Under the pieces are notes generated by a model. It did not search any database. It was not told where the DNA came from and worked only from the letters and a program-made list of their open reading frames with translations. A DNA stretch of 64,000 nt from the human T2T-CHM13v2.0 reference genome, Homo sapiens. This document shows positions 43,163 to 55,245 of the stretch, one piece after another. Position 1 is the stretch's first letter; each line of letters opens with the position of its first letter. Where the stretch lies: assembly GCF_009914755.1 (NCBI RefSeq), contig NC_060932.1, one strand, 5' to 3'. Both the position numbers and the translations under genes were made by a program.

Positions 43163-43583
43163 CTACAGTGTGGACTTGGGTTGTTTGTCCCCACCAAATC
43201 TCATGTTGAAATTTGATCCCCGGTGTTGGAGATGGGGCCCAGTGGAAGGTGTTTGGGTTATGGGGAAGGATCCCTCATGAATACTTTAATGTCTTCCTTT
43301 GGTGGTGAGTGAGTTCTCACTCTACAGTTCTCTCAAGAGCTGCTGGTTAAAAAAAGGCTGGCACCTCCCTCTCCTCTCTCTTTCTTCCTCTCTCATCTCT
43401 GCACAGCCAGCTCCCCTTCACCTTCTACCATGAGTGGAAGCTCCCTGAGGCCCGCACCAGAAGCAGATGCTGGTGTCATGCTTCTTGTAGAGCCTGCAGA
43501 ACCATGAGCCAACAAACCTCTTTCTAATATAAATGACCCAGCCTCAGGTATTCCTTTATAGCAATGCTAAATGGACTAAGACA
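43163..43583 (+). mobile_element. Solo MaLR LTR (MST-type)
   Basis: tgtccccaccaaatctcatgttgaaa ... aatggactaagaca consensus-like sequence. Confidence 0.8.
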
Positions 43584-44518
43584 CCCCTCAATTCTAGGCA
43601 AACCAGGAGAGTTGGTCATTCTATTTAGGAATACCAAAGCAATTATTTTTTTCACTTTGAACCCTTTACATGGGCCACCATTTCACTCTTGATTACATTA
43701 GGCATGGCTCCTAGTTGGGGGGTGGAGGGTTTAAGGGTAGTAACGGGCATCAACAATCTCTTTTAAGTATTTTTTAGAACATTGGACAAGGATACCCTAA
43801 ACATCAAATGTATTTTCTTTTGGTTAGAATTAGGCCAACTCCATATAGCAACACAGCTATCCTATGGAAATAATAATTATTTAACATATATAGTTTGGTA
43901 TAAGTTAAACAATAATTACTTAACATATACAGTTTACTTTAAAAGTAAAGCTTTTAACACATGAATTCTTGGCAGAGAATCAGGCAAGGATATCATGCTA
44001 AAACGTCTCAGATCCACTAGCACACCGCATTGTCTTACTTCTCAGTGTGTGTCTCATGTCTCCCCAGGCAACCATCATATACACTTCTGATAGCTGGAAT
44101 CATGTCTTTTCATTCTTTATGTGACTATGGCCATCTGGGCATTATACATGCACTGCATAAAGTTGTTTGGAATAAATCTTAAGCCTCATTTGATGAAATA
44201 GGGCACCTGGCATCTTATTATTTTTAAATTTGCTGTCTAACTTAGGCTGAACTGCTAGAAGTTCCATGAACAGTGCTAATTTGAATTTCTTCATTTTCTT
44301 CAAGTCCACTAAAATTTCACAAACAAGACGTAGTTCTCAGAGACAACCTCACATCTCAAGTTCTTGCAGTTTGCAGCCTTCCAGCCCAGAATGCAACAAA
44401 TTCTTGTTAAATATTGGGTTGCTAGGAATCAAGTTCTGTGCTGGGAAAGAAGAAAAGTTGAGGAAGAGGAAGACAGAAAGTAGACAAGGAACAGAAAGGT
44501 AATAAGAAAAATGAGAGG

Positions 44519-44770
44519 CATGTTCTCACTCATAGGTGGGAATTGAACAGAGAACACATGGACACCGGAAGGGGAACTTCACACACCGGGGCCTGTCATG
44601 GAGTCGGGGGAGAGGGGAGGGATAGCATTAGGAGATATACCTAATGTAAATGATGAGTTAATGGGTGCAGTACTCCAACATGGCACATGTATACATACAT
44701 AACAAACCTGCACGTTGTGCACGTGTACCCTAGAACTTAAAGTATAATTAAAAAGAAAAGAAAAGAGAAG
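44519..44770 (+). mobile_element. 5'-truncated L1PA 3' end with A-rich tail
   Basis: catgttctcactcataggtgggaattgaac ... cctagaacttaaagtataat; degenerate TSD aagaaaaatgagagg / aagaaaaacgcgagg. Confidence 0.9.
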
Positions 44771-45540
44771 AAAAACGCGAGGGAGAAGGAGGTGTGTTGT
44801 TGGAGAGCAGAGGATCAGCAGGGCCATCGGGAACCAAGGCTGGATCCACAGGCTGCCTTCCCCTGCCTTAACCTGCTAACGCTAACCCTTTTCATTCCTT
44901 CTTCCTTTACTTCTCAGCATCAATTTCCAGACTTACTTTTCTCATGTACTGTGTTTATCCCATCTCCATTTTATTAGAAACATTTAGCTGATCCTGGGTA
45001 GAGTATTTGTCTTTCTCTTTCTTGTTTCTTTAGCAAATTTACTTTTCTAAGCTTAACCTTTAAAGCCCTTAACTGAAAAGCAGTAGGCTTTTTGGAATTT
45101 TCCAGATGTTATTGTCCAATTTCCATTTTTTTGTGAGTTGCCCTTTTCCATGGCATAACAAAATAATATCATTGCTTCTCATAGATGGAAAGTTTGTATT
45201 AAACTTGCTCAAGGGATTACTGATGCATATAACACACACACACACACACACACACACCCCGTAGCATACATATTCAAACAGCTCTCATTATGTCCAGCTG
45301 AAGTGAAGTGAATAAAATATCTGTTCTTCTATAGCAGAATAGACCAATTCCAACTAGACTGAATTGTCACTACTGTTCTAGTCCACATACCAAAAACAGC
45401 AGAACATTTAAACCAATATTCCAGTCTGCTTAGTCAGATGCCTAATTACATTCTAGGTTACCCTGCTATCTACACCGCATTCACTTGATAAAATCAAAGG
45501 TAATCAGTGAAGGGAAGAAAAGAGGAAGCAAATTACTTAC

Positions 45541-45599
45541 TAACTGTGGAGAGAAACATGATAACAAAGCCAGCAAACATGGGGATATGATATCCAATC
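45541..45599 (-). CDS. SLC18A1: VMAT1 exon 4 (IGYHIPMFAGFVIMFLSTV)
   Basis: Acceptor ttttAG, donor A|GTAAGT; 59 nt (cumulative 547). Confidence 0.98.
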
Positions 45600-46226
45600 C
45601 TAAAAGGGAATTGAAAAAAAAAAAGATACAATTCCAAAAGGCACTCACATACATGGACTACATTTTTAAATGTAAGTGGGAGCAGAAATACAGCTATTTG
45701 GGTGTATGGTAAAACATGCCTCTGAATGTAGTGTGGAGATGAAATAGGGCATGTGGATGAGTATGAGCAAACAAACAAACATGCAGATATGACCATAGAT
45801 CAGGGCCAAAATTCTCATTTCCAGAAAGGATAGCCTAGGTGGAGTGTATATCTCTTGAAAATATCAGAATAATCGTCAATACAACTCCTGGGAAGCCAGT
45901 GCTCTAGATTACAACAGGACTGTCCCATTCATACCCTTTTCCCATTCAAGCCATGCTCCAGGTCACTGATAGAACATCACAGCACACTGCTGTTCATGGT
46001 TCTCTTCTTGGTACTCAATACTCAATATATCACTAAGAAAATCTGATCCCATAACATTTCATCAGTAACATGTTATTCTTTGAGTAACGAGCTTTCCGAA
46101 TAGCTGACTCCCCTGGGGAATCATACAAGTGAGTATTTCTTCTTTTTCCCTTCCAACCCCCTTTCTATACTTTTCTAGTCCTCCTACTCCTGTGTACCCT
46201 GCGGGGCACTGCACCCAGTGAGATAC

Positions 46227-46590
46227 CTGTTGGTGAGAGGGCCCACGAATGGGTTGACCAGAAGTTGCATCACAGCCTTTGAAGCAAACAGAACCCCGAC
46301 CCGGGTAGTCTCTTCCTCCAAGAAACCTGTGCCTTGCAAGCAGTTGTTTTTATGAGCTGAGATGGCTTCAGTGGCTGGAGGTGGGATGGTGCTGGCAGTG
46401 TCATTCATCCATGCTATTCCAGTAGGTACGCTTTCTTCAACAGCCACGGTGTTGTTGTTGAAGAAGGAGAAGATGGTGGAAAAGGCAGGAGAGGCGAGGG
46501 CATGTGGGGAACTTCCGGCATGGCCGAGGTGCAGAGAAGAGTTGACTTCTTTGAACTCCATGTCATATAGGAAGGTGGGCACAATTGGCA
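46227..46590 (-). CDS. SLC18A1: VMAT1 exon 3 (lumenal loop 1 and TM2; [19 protein letters not shown]...FVGPLTNR)
   Basis: Acceptor tttcAG at 46592-46591; donor AG|GTATCT at 46226; 364 nt (cumulative 488); matches ORF 46184..46591. Confidence 0.98.
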
Positions 46591-46737
46591 CTGAAAGTCA
46601 AAGAGGACAGGTGATGGGGGCTAAGGACCGATGTCATCTTACCACTGAAACTCAAGGGGCTAAGGACAGATGTCAATTCTACTGAAAGTCAAGGAGGACA
46701 GGTGATGGGGGCTAAGGACAGATGTCATCTTACCACT
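46590..46737. repeat. Local tandem duplication overlapping the exon 3 acceptor
   Basis: ~57-bp unit at 46590-46646 and 46681-46737 (2 mismatches), with a deleted copy between. Confidence 0.92.
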
Positions 46738-47212
46738 ACTAGGATCAGGGGACTATGATGAGGTTCAGCCTTATGCCCAAGGCTGGTATCTGGAGTGGCA
46801 TGGTTAAAACCTACTAAAAGACTGTGCCTGCCCAAGTTATCCTATTAGCTAAAGTAGCTAAATTCTGACCTTATACAGTTAGTCCTCATTGTTCATGGTT
46901 TCCACATTGGCTAACTCTCCTACTCACTTAGATTGACATGTAACCCCCCAAACCAACACACACTGAGCTACCACGACATTTCACAGACATGTCCAGCTCT
47001 CACACAGACCTGGCCACAGGAGGGGATGGGAGGAGGAAGGGCAGGGTGGTCAGAGGAGCCTCAGCTCTGGGACCCCTGGACAGGGTTTGAATCCCAACTC
47101 TGGCACCTGCTAGTGGAGAGGCCTTGGGCAAGTCACTTAACACTTCTGAACTTCTTTTTCTCTTTTATAAAGAAAACACGATGTACCACGATGTTTAAGA
47201 TTTAAGATTATA

Positions 47213-47215
<3 letters not shown>

Positions 47216-47257
<42 letters not shown>
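47216..47257. repeat. (TG)n microsatellite in intron 2
   Basis: Read directly. Confidence 0.92.
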
Positions 47258-47259
<2 letters not shown>

Positions 47260-47954
47260 CCCTGGGAGCAATGATTCAGTATTCACTAATTCAGTGTTTG
47301 CAGCGACTTTATAGAGCATAACTATAACTACAGAACTATGAATAATGAGAAGTGATTGTATTGGATTAACAACTTGTCTCAGAAAGATCCTTTTTTAAAA
47401 ACATATGTTTTACCCAAGAGGAGAAACCTTTTAGTGCCCATTTATACAAGGGTGTAACTTAATGTAATGATTAGGAGAGTATCAACTAAAAAAAGCAGGA
47501 TTCTGAGGGAAAGAACCACAAGGAAGGCAAGGTCTTGATAATAAATCAGATATCCAAATAAAATATGCTGTTTTTATAGAGCAGAGTCCAGAAAGGCACC
47601 CCTGTGAGAAGATCTCGCTGCCTCAGAGGCACTTGGAGTCATTAGCACCTTGAGAAGACAGTGTGGGGAGAAAGAAAAGCACAGCCAGTTCTGGCTCCGG
47701 GCCATCCTCTTCTCCAGTCAGACCCTCTCTGGACCTCCTGCTCTTTGAACCTCCTGAGTCTTTTAGCTGTGTTTGACAAGTGTCAGACTCCATTTTCTGC
47801 AGGGCTTTTTTCCAGTCCCCAACAACCTCTGTGTGTTTTTGAGCATAAAAAGGAAAATTCTCAGATGGATTCACTGTTGAACTCAAGCAGGGTGTACACT
47901 GCCTGCTGGGGCCCACAGCAAATTAACCCTCAGCACAAAGACCCACAAACGTAC

Positions 47955-48078
47955 CCACCACAGTAAACAGCATGTTGTCCAGGAGCAAAGCGACGAATAC
48001 CACCACCAGCACCAGCTGCCGGGACGCTCTCCCCTCCTTCAGCAACCGCTGGGGAGCATCCAGAATGGTCCGGAGCAT
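47955..48078 (-). CDS. SLC18A1: VMAT1 coding part of exon 2 (codons 1-42; [41 protein letters not shown])
   Basis: ATG at 48078-48076 in context atcaccATGC; donor G|GTACGT at 47954; 124 nt; translation matches the VMAT1 N-terminus and TM1. Confidence 0.98.
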
Positions 48079-48201
48079 GGTGATGGCCGGACTGGGGCAG
48101 TCTTCCCCTGCGGGCTCTTAGGGAAGGTCCTGTGACAGCTACAGGTCTCCTGCAGCCTTTATGGAAGAGGGGAGGGAGTCTGCCCAGACGAAGGAAACTC
48201 A
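48079..48201 (-). other. SLC18A1: 5' UTR part of SLC18A1 exon 2
   Basis: Pyrimidine tract and AG (cttttcgttttaatAG) at 48203-48202; 123 nt upstream of the ATG. Confidence 0.8.
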
Positions 48202-50176
48202 CTATTAAAACGAAAAGTGCAAAGGGTTGCAAGTAGTAGGATGATATTTGGAAACATCTCCATGTCTGTATCACTGTTCACTTCTTATAAATCTCAATAA
48301 CTCTACCTGGTTCCCAGAATGCCTTCCTGGTAAGCATCGCTTACTAGCTATTTATGTCTGGATTTATATCTAGCCATTAATTTCCCTTGAATTTAATGGC
48401 TAGGTATAAATCCAGATAAAAATAGATGCTCTACAGATCACTTAACCCTGTGTTTTTCAAACATCCGACATTTATTTGCCTATCACCTTGATGGTTTATG
48501 TCATATCTAAGGACTACCTGTACTATCATTTACTTCATCTTTTTCCTCTAGATCCACTCTTTTAAAATATTGAGATACTGCCAGGTATGGTGGGATGTGC
48601 CTGGAGTCTCAGTTACTTGGGAGGCTGAGGTGGGAGGATATCTTGAGCCCAGGAGTTTGAGTCCAGCCTGGACTACATAGCAAGACCCCTAACTCTCAAA
48701 AAATTTTTAAAACCAACATAGATATTGATATCATGTTTCAAAAAGTTATTTTATGTGGCATGCAAAAAAAGTATGACCTTTGTTCTAGGTGCTACCCCAA
48801 AATATTTCATGTGGCACAGTGTCACTTGGGCTGCCCACTGAGAAACACTGATGTAGACCAACCTTCATCTCATAGACAAGAAATCCGAGCCTCTGAAGGT
48901 TAGGAGATTTGTTTGGGGTTGCACAGTTAGTGTCAAACTGGGATGAAATCCCACGCTTTTCAACTTGCCAGCTTATCCTCTACCATGTTCCCTTGCTCTG
49001 TGGTTCTAGAAGCACGCTCATTCTTTTGTTTGAGCTACAAACCCCTGATCAGAAAGATGCCTTCATCTGTGAAAATAAAATATTGACTTTCATGATTAGT
49101 TGTCTATTTAGGATTTCATATCATTAGTCAGCATTAAGTCACAGTACCTTGTCAAACTTCAAGTAATAAGAGTTTCTGGGGAGAATTTCATTTTCTTTGA
49201 CGTGGCTTCTGTTGTGGTATCAACAATATCACTCATTTAAATTTTAAAATAGATTACCATCGTGAAATCTATCGGGCCCTAAAAATTGTATACTCTTTGA
49301 CTTAGTAACTCTACTACAAGGAACCCATCCTACAAAAGAAAAAAGGTCAGAGATGCAGCCAAAGACTTATACTCAAAATGATCAATTGCAGAATTATTTT
49401 TCTTAGTGAAAAAAGTCAAACATGTTAATGGTGGATTATTAAGCGGCTCTTAAAAATTATATTTTCAAATAATTTTAATGATACAGAAAATACTATTACT
49501 ATAATGTTAAGTAAAAAAGGGAAATTAAACTGTGTTTTCAAGTTTATCTCAATTGTCTAAATATAAATATATGGGCACATTTTTGAGAGAGTAGAGAGAT
49601 ACTCAAATGCCAGTTATTTATAATCAATGACTTCAGTTATCTTCTGTGTATTTCTAAATATTCAATAATGAGCTACTTTTGTAATTAAAGAAGTAAATAA
49701 TTTTAAATGATTATCACTGAAATTCAATAGTCAGCCTCAGGTGTTGGGAGTACCCCAAACACTGAGGTACTCTGTTCTAAGCCCAGGGCTGGAAGAACCC
49801 TCTCACTACTACATATTAACGTGACCAAGGTCCTAAGTGAACCAAATTCTCAGTTAAGTTTTAACCAGTAAATGCATGCAATTACTTAAGATCCTTCATT
49901 TCTCTGTATAAAGGATGTATTTCTGAATACAAATTGACTTAGGATATGTATGGATAAGAATAAAAGACAAGCCATGGAAAATTAAAAAACATAGTGAGTG
50001 AAGTAAGTACTACAAAGAGAGAGAAACACACACACCCAAATCCCAAAACAAAAACAAACAAAACCAGGAATTTGCCAACAAATCAATAGTAAACTTTACT
50101 TAACAGTCAAAATCCTCTGACAGAGACACAAATCACAAGGAAAGATTAAATTTGTCCGGAGAGAGAAAAATCTTAC

Positions 50177-50250
50177 CTTGGAGCCCATGTTGGTGTGAGG
50201 CACTCAGTGAGGTATTGGCAGCTGTTAGCAAGACAGCAGGGACACTGTTC
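50177..50250 (-). other. SLC18A1: Non-coding SLC18A1 exon 1 (5' boundary approximate)
   Basis: Strong donor AAG|GTAAGA at 50176 in unique sequence ~2 kb upstream of exon 2; AT-rich element just upstream; TSS inferred, not directly visible. Confidence 0.7.
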
Positions 50251-50269
50251 TCTGAACGTGGATGTGCTG

Positions 50270-50400
50270 TTGGATTTATTGCCTCCTGTTATCTGAGGAT
50301 TCTGTGTATGTGTGCGTGTGTGTGCCTTTGTCCACAAAGATTTAATTGCAACCTCCAACAGGGTTCATTCAGACCCTTAGCTCCCTGCGTCAAAGGCAGG
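50270..50400 (-). promoter_or_regulatory. Putative SLC18A1 proximal promoter: TATA-like AATAAAT (50280-50274) and variant CRE TGCGTCA (50386-50392)
   Basis: Motifs read directly; spacing fits a TSS near 50250; no CpG island. Confidence 0.5.
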
Positions 50401-51012
50401 AAGGCAGGGCTGGAGAGGATAAAGAGAGGGCAGATATTAGCCTAAGCAAAGAGGCACTGGACTGTACTGTTTTGCATCTGTGCTTATCTATCATCGAACT
50501 CTTTAACTCTTGCCTGGGTCTGAATACAAATTGGAAGCCAAGATGGAACCAGTGTGCAGTTCCTGTTCCTTGCTACTTAGTCAAAGTGGCTCCATGTACC
50601 CCAATTAGCTTCCTGGAAAGAAACAATGTATGTTGTTCTCAAGCCATAAAAACCCAACATCTGTGGCCTCTGTAAAGGCTTAGATTATGCACTGTGTCTT
50701 CACATCTCAATACTGGCTCAGTGCCTGATACATGGTAGCATCCAATAAATATTTCTTGCATGGATGACTGGATGGTTAACTACAGGAGAAAGTGCAGTTC
50801 CTTGTGGGATCTTGAGAGGCTCTAATGATCTATATTATTCTGACATTAAACCATTGGTGGCTCAAAGAACATAAGCAATTTATGAAAAAGCAAATACACT
50901 TTATGAGCAAGAGCAGTGCAGAGATTTCCTATTTGTGGAACTGGTGGGCCCCTCCTAATTGTGGGAATTAACTAGGGAACTTTCGATTTAACGCTAAAAA
51001 AAAAGAAAATAG

Positions 51013-51337
<325 letters not shown>

Positions 51338-51399
51338 TAAAATGTAAACCTAGAGCGAGAAATAGGGATAGGAAACAAAGACATCAGCAGAATGTATTC

Positions 51400-51860
51400 A
51401 TCGCTATAGTTTGCTGCTGTAACAAATTACTACAATCTGGTGGCTTAAAACAACACGTATTTAGTATCTTGCAGTTCTGGAACACCGGGTTAAAATGAAG
51501 GTGTCGGCAGGGCTGCATTCCTTCTGGAGATTCTGGGGGATGGTTGTTTCCTTGCCTTTTCCAGCTTCCAGAGATCTCCTGCATTTCTTGGCTCCTAGCC
51601 ACTTTTACCCTCAAAGCTAGCAGCAATGCATATTCAACTCTCCCTCTGACTCTGAGCCTTCTGCCTCCCTCTTTCACTTGTAAGGACTCACGGGATGACC
51701 CTGGGCCCACCCAGATATTCCAAGATCACCTCCCCATCTCAAGATCCTTAATCATATCTGCAAAGTCCCTTTTACCATACGGGACTACCAAGGCAACATA
51801 CTCACAGGTTCCAGGATTAGGAGGTGGACATCTCTGGGGTGCCACTGTCCACTCCCTACA
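51400..51860 (-). mobile_element. MLT1-type MaLR LTR upstream of the promoter
   Basis: gctgctgtaacaaattactacaa...ggcttaaaacaacac...ccaagatcacctccccatctcaagatccttaat. Confidence 0.75.
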
Positions 51861-52928
51861 GGGAGCATGGCACACTGCCCCCCACTTACATGCAGGGCCT
51901 GTGGCCTGAGCCTCTAGGGAATGAGGGGGTTAGGGCCAAAAGATGGAGGAACTGTATTAATAAAGATATTTGCAAGACTCTGGGCATAAGGCAGTATCCT
52001 TTTTGGAGTCCAGGTGACAATTCTGCCACCATGCCCTCCACCCTAAGTACAGTGTTAGAACTCTGAGGGTTGACAGCCTCCGGCATAGTGTACCTGTGTC
52101 CAATAGAGGGCGCTAGAGGGAGAGGGCTTGGGTAGAGCAGCCTCACAGGAATGTTCCGAGACAGCACCTAACTGGGGATGCCCCCCAAAAATTGGGAAAT
52201 CATGATTTTGGGAAATTGAGGGCCTGGGAAAGCAGGTATAGACTAAGAATCATCACATGTTGGGCAATAATAAGAATAACAGCAACAATAACAGTAGCTA
52301 TCATTTATGGATTACGTACTATTTGGGCATGTTTCTAATACATACTCATATATTATAGGGATAATACATATTAGATCAAATAGATATATTTTTTCAGTTT
52401 ACTGTAACCATGCTAGTATTCACAGGCTGGCCAAGTCTGGGGTCTCCTCACAAATGCCCATCACTATTAATAATCAAATTGTTGTCCATTAAAAATGAAT
52501 GAGCAGTCAACTTCCTCCCTTTAATCATAGAATAAAAAAAAAAACTGTGAGTACTGTGGAATGGAAATTCACATACACTGTTAGTAGCTAGGGAAATACC
52601 ATTCTTTTAGAAAGCAATGCGGCTTTCTATCTTTTATCTTTTAAGTTATAAAATGTATGTTGCTTTTGACCCAGTAATTTCACTTCCTTGGAATCTATCT
52701 AAAAAGGTATGCTAAAATATGGGGGAAGGGAGGGAAATCATAGGTACAAAATTTTTGTCATAGGATTTAGAGAAAAACTACAAACATCTCAAATGTCCAA
52801 CTGTAGAAATTATTTAAGTGCATGAGCTTGAAGGACTGTCATGTGGCCCTTAAAACAGATGTAAAAAAAGGTTATGATGAAGACTATATATCAAACTGGA
52901 AAAAACTGTATATATAAAAATAAATATA

Positions 52929-53038
52929 TAATTTATATTTATAGATTACATATATAACCTGTAATTTATATTTATAGATTACGTATATAACATGTAATTT
53001 ATATTTATAGATTACATATACAACATGTAATTTATATT
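52929..53038. repeat. AT-rich 33-bp minisatellite, ~3.3 copies
   Basis: Unit taatttatatttatagattacatatataac(c/a)tg. Confidence 0.88.
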
Positions 53039-53071
53039 CTATAATATGTTATACATAATATATTTAATTTA

Positions 53072-53880
<809 letters not shown>

Positions 53881-54739
53881 TAAAAACAACACTTTATGTA
53901 CATTGTGATTATGTAAGTGGTTAGGCCCAATGGCAAAGTTGTGGAAGATTCTTGATTTATTATTTAAATAATAGTGAACAAAACTTAAAAATGAAGCATT
54001 GCCAGTAAAAAGTAACAGCTCAGTCTATACTAGTGGACTCCGAGCCCTTGCAAAGAACTAATAATTTCTAGCCAGAGCATCCTGTTGAGAACTCTCTGAG
54101 ACTGAAATTGAAGTTTGAGGCTCTTTGATAGTGGCTCTGTTATCTTTCTAGTTAAAGTGGTTGGCATACAACATCCTCAGACGGACAGCTTTTTCTCCGG
54201 GCCAAATAATATCTATTACCCAATTACATGTACCCTGGGCTGTGGCTGACATGGCCTGGCAGAGGAGACGGCCCTGTGACTCAGAGCTGGAGGGTGCTTT
54301 TGTTTCTCATTGCTTCCTGTTTCCTGTGCTGTTCAAACATTTTAACAATCAGTTCCAACTTCTTCCATTCAGCATATGTCATTATCCCAGCCTCAGATTG
54401 GAGGCTGACTTTGGTTCAGAAGTCACAGGCTTCTGAAAACAAAGCCAAAGAGGAATCAGGGCTGATACTTTACGGCCATGATCTACAGGGCACTGTGGAC
54501 CCTGTAGGAGTGGATATGTGTCCATAAAGATAGGGAACTGCGTGTCTGTAAACATGCAAGGGAAGTGCTGGTTTCAGATCCAAGGGAATAGGAGGCTCTA
54601 AAAAAGTAAAATCAACATCAGCTGGAACCCCACTGAACAGTTCTATTGTAGGGACAGCGGTAGCAAACTCAGCAACAAATAAGTGATAGGAAAATTCAGT
54701 TAGGAAAATTCAGGCCCTACCCCCAACCAACCACCAAAA

Positions 54740-55245
54740 CTGGCATCCCTTCACAACATCAAAAATATTTGGAAAATAAAACAATAAAAAATAACAATAC
54801 AGGCTGGGTGTGGTGGCTGACATCTATAATCCCAGTGCTTTGGGAGGCCAAAGCAGGAGGACTGCTTGAGCCCAGGAGGTCGAGGCTACAGTGAGCCATG
54901 ATCGCGCCACTGCACTCCTGGGTGACAGAGTGAGACCCATGTCTCAAAACAACAACAACAACAAAAATCCAATCAACCAACCAACAAACAAACAAAAAAA
55001 AACCAATGCAACCATAAAAAATAACACAAGTAAAAAACAAATAAAGTACGATAACTACTTCTATAGCATTTACCTTGTATCAGGTATTAAGAGTAATCCA
55101 GAGATGACTTAAAGTATACAAGAGGATGCACATAGGTTATGTGCAAATACCACACCATTTTATATCAGAGACTTGAGCATTCATGGATTTTGGTTTCTGC
55201 AGGAGGTCCTGGAACCAATGCCCCACAGATACTGAGAGATGATTA
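54740..55245 (-). mobile_element. MER2 interrupted by a truncated AluJ (~54801-54990)
   Basis: MER2-like sequence on both sides of a + strand Alu. Confidence 0.7.

Noticed and set aside
46590-46737. Repeat-spacer-like pattern as a CRISPR-type array
   Set aside because: Only 2-3 units, the intervening sequence is itself a partial copy, and the context is a human intron. Reported instead as a splice-site duplication.
50100-50116. Possible 17-nt micro-exon (tgtcAG ... TAA|GTAAAG) after exon 1
   Set aside because: It would need a 60-nt intron, below the usual human minimum, and the donor is weak.
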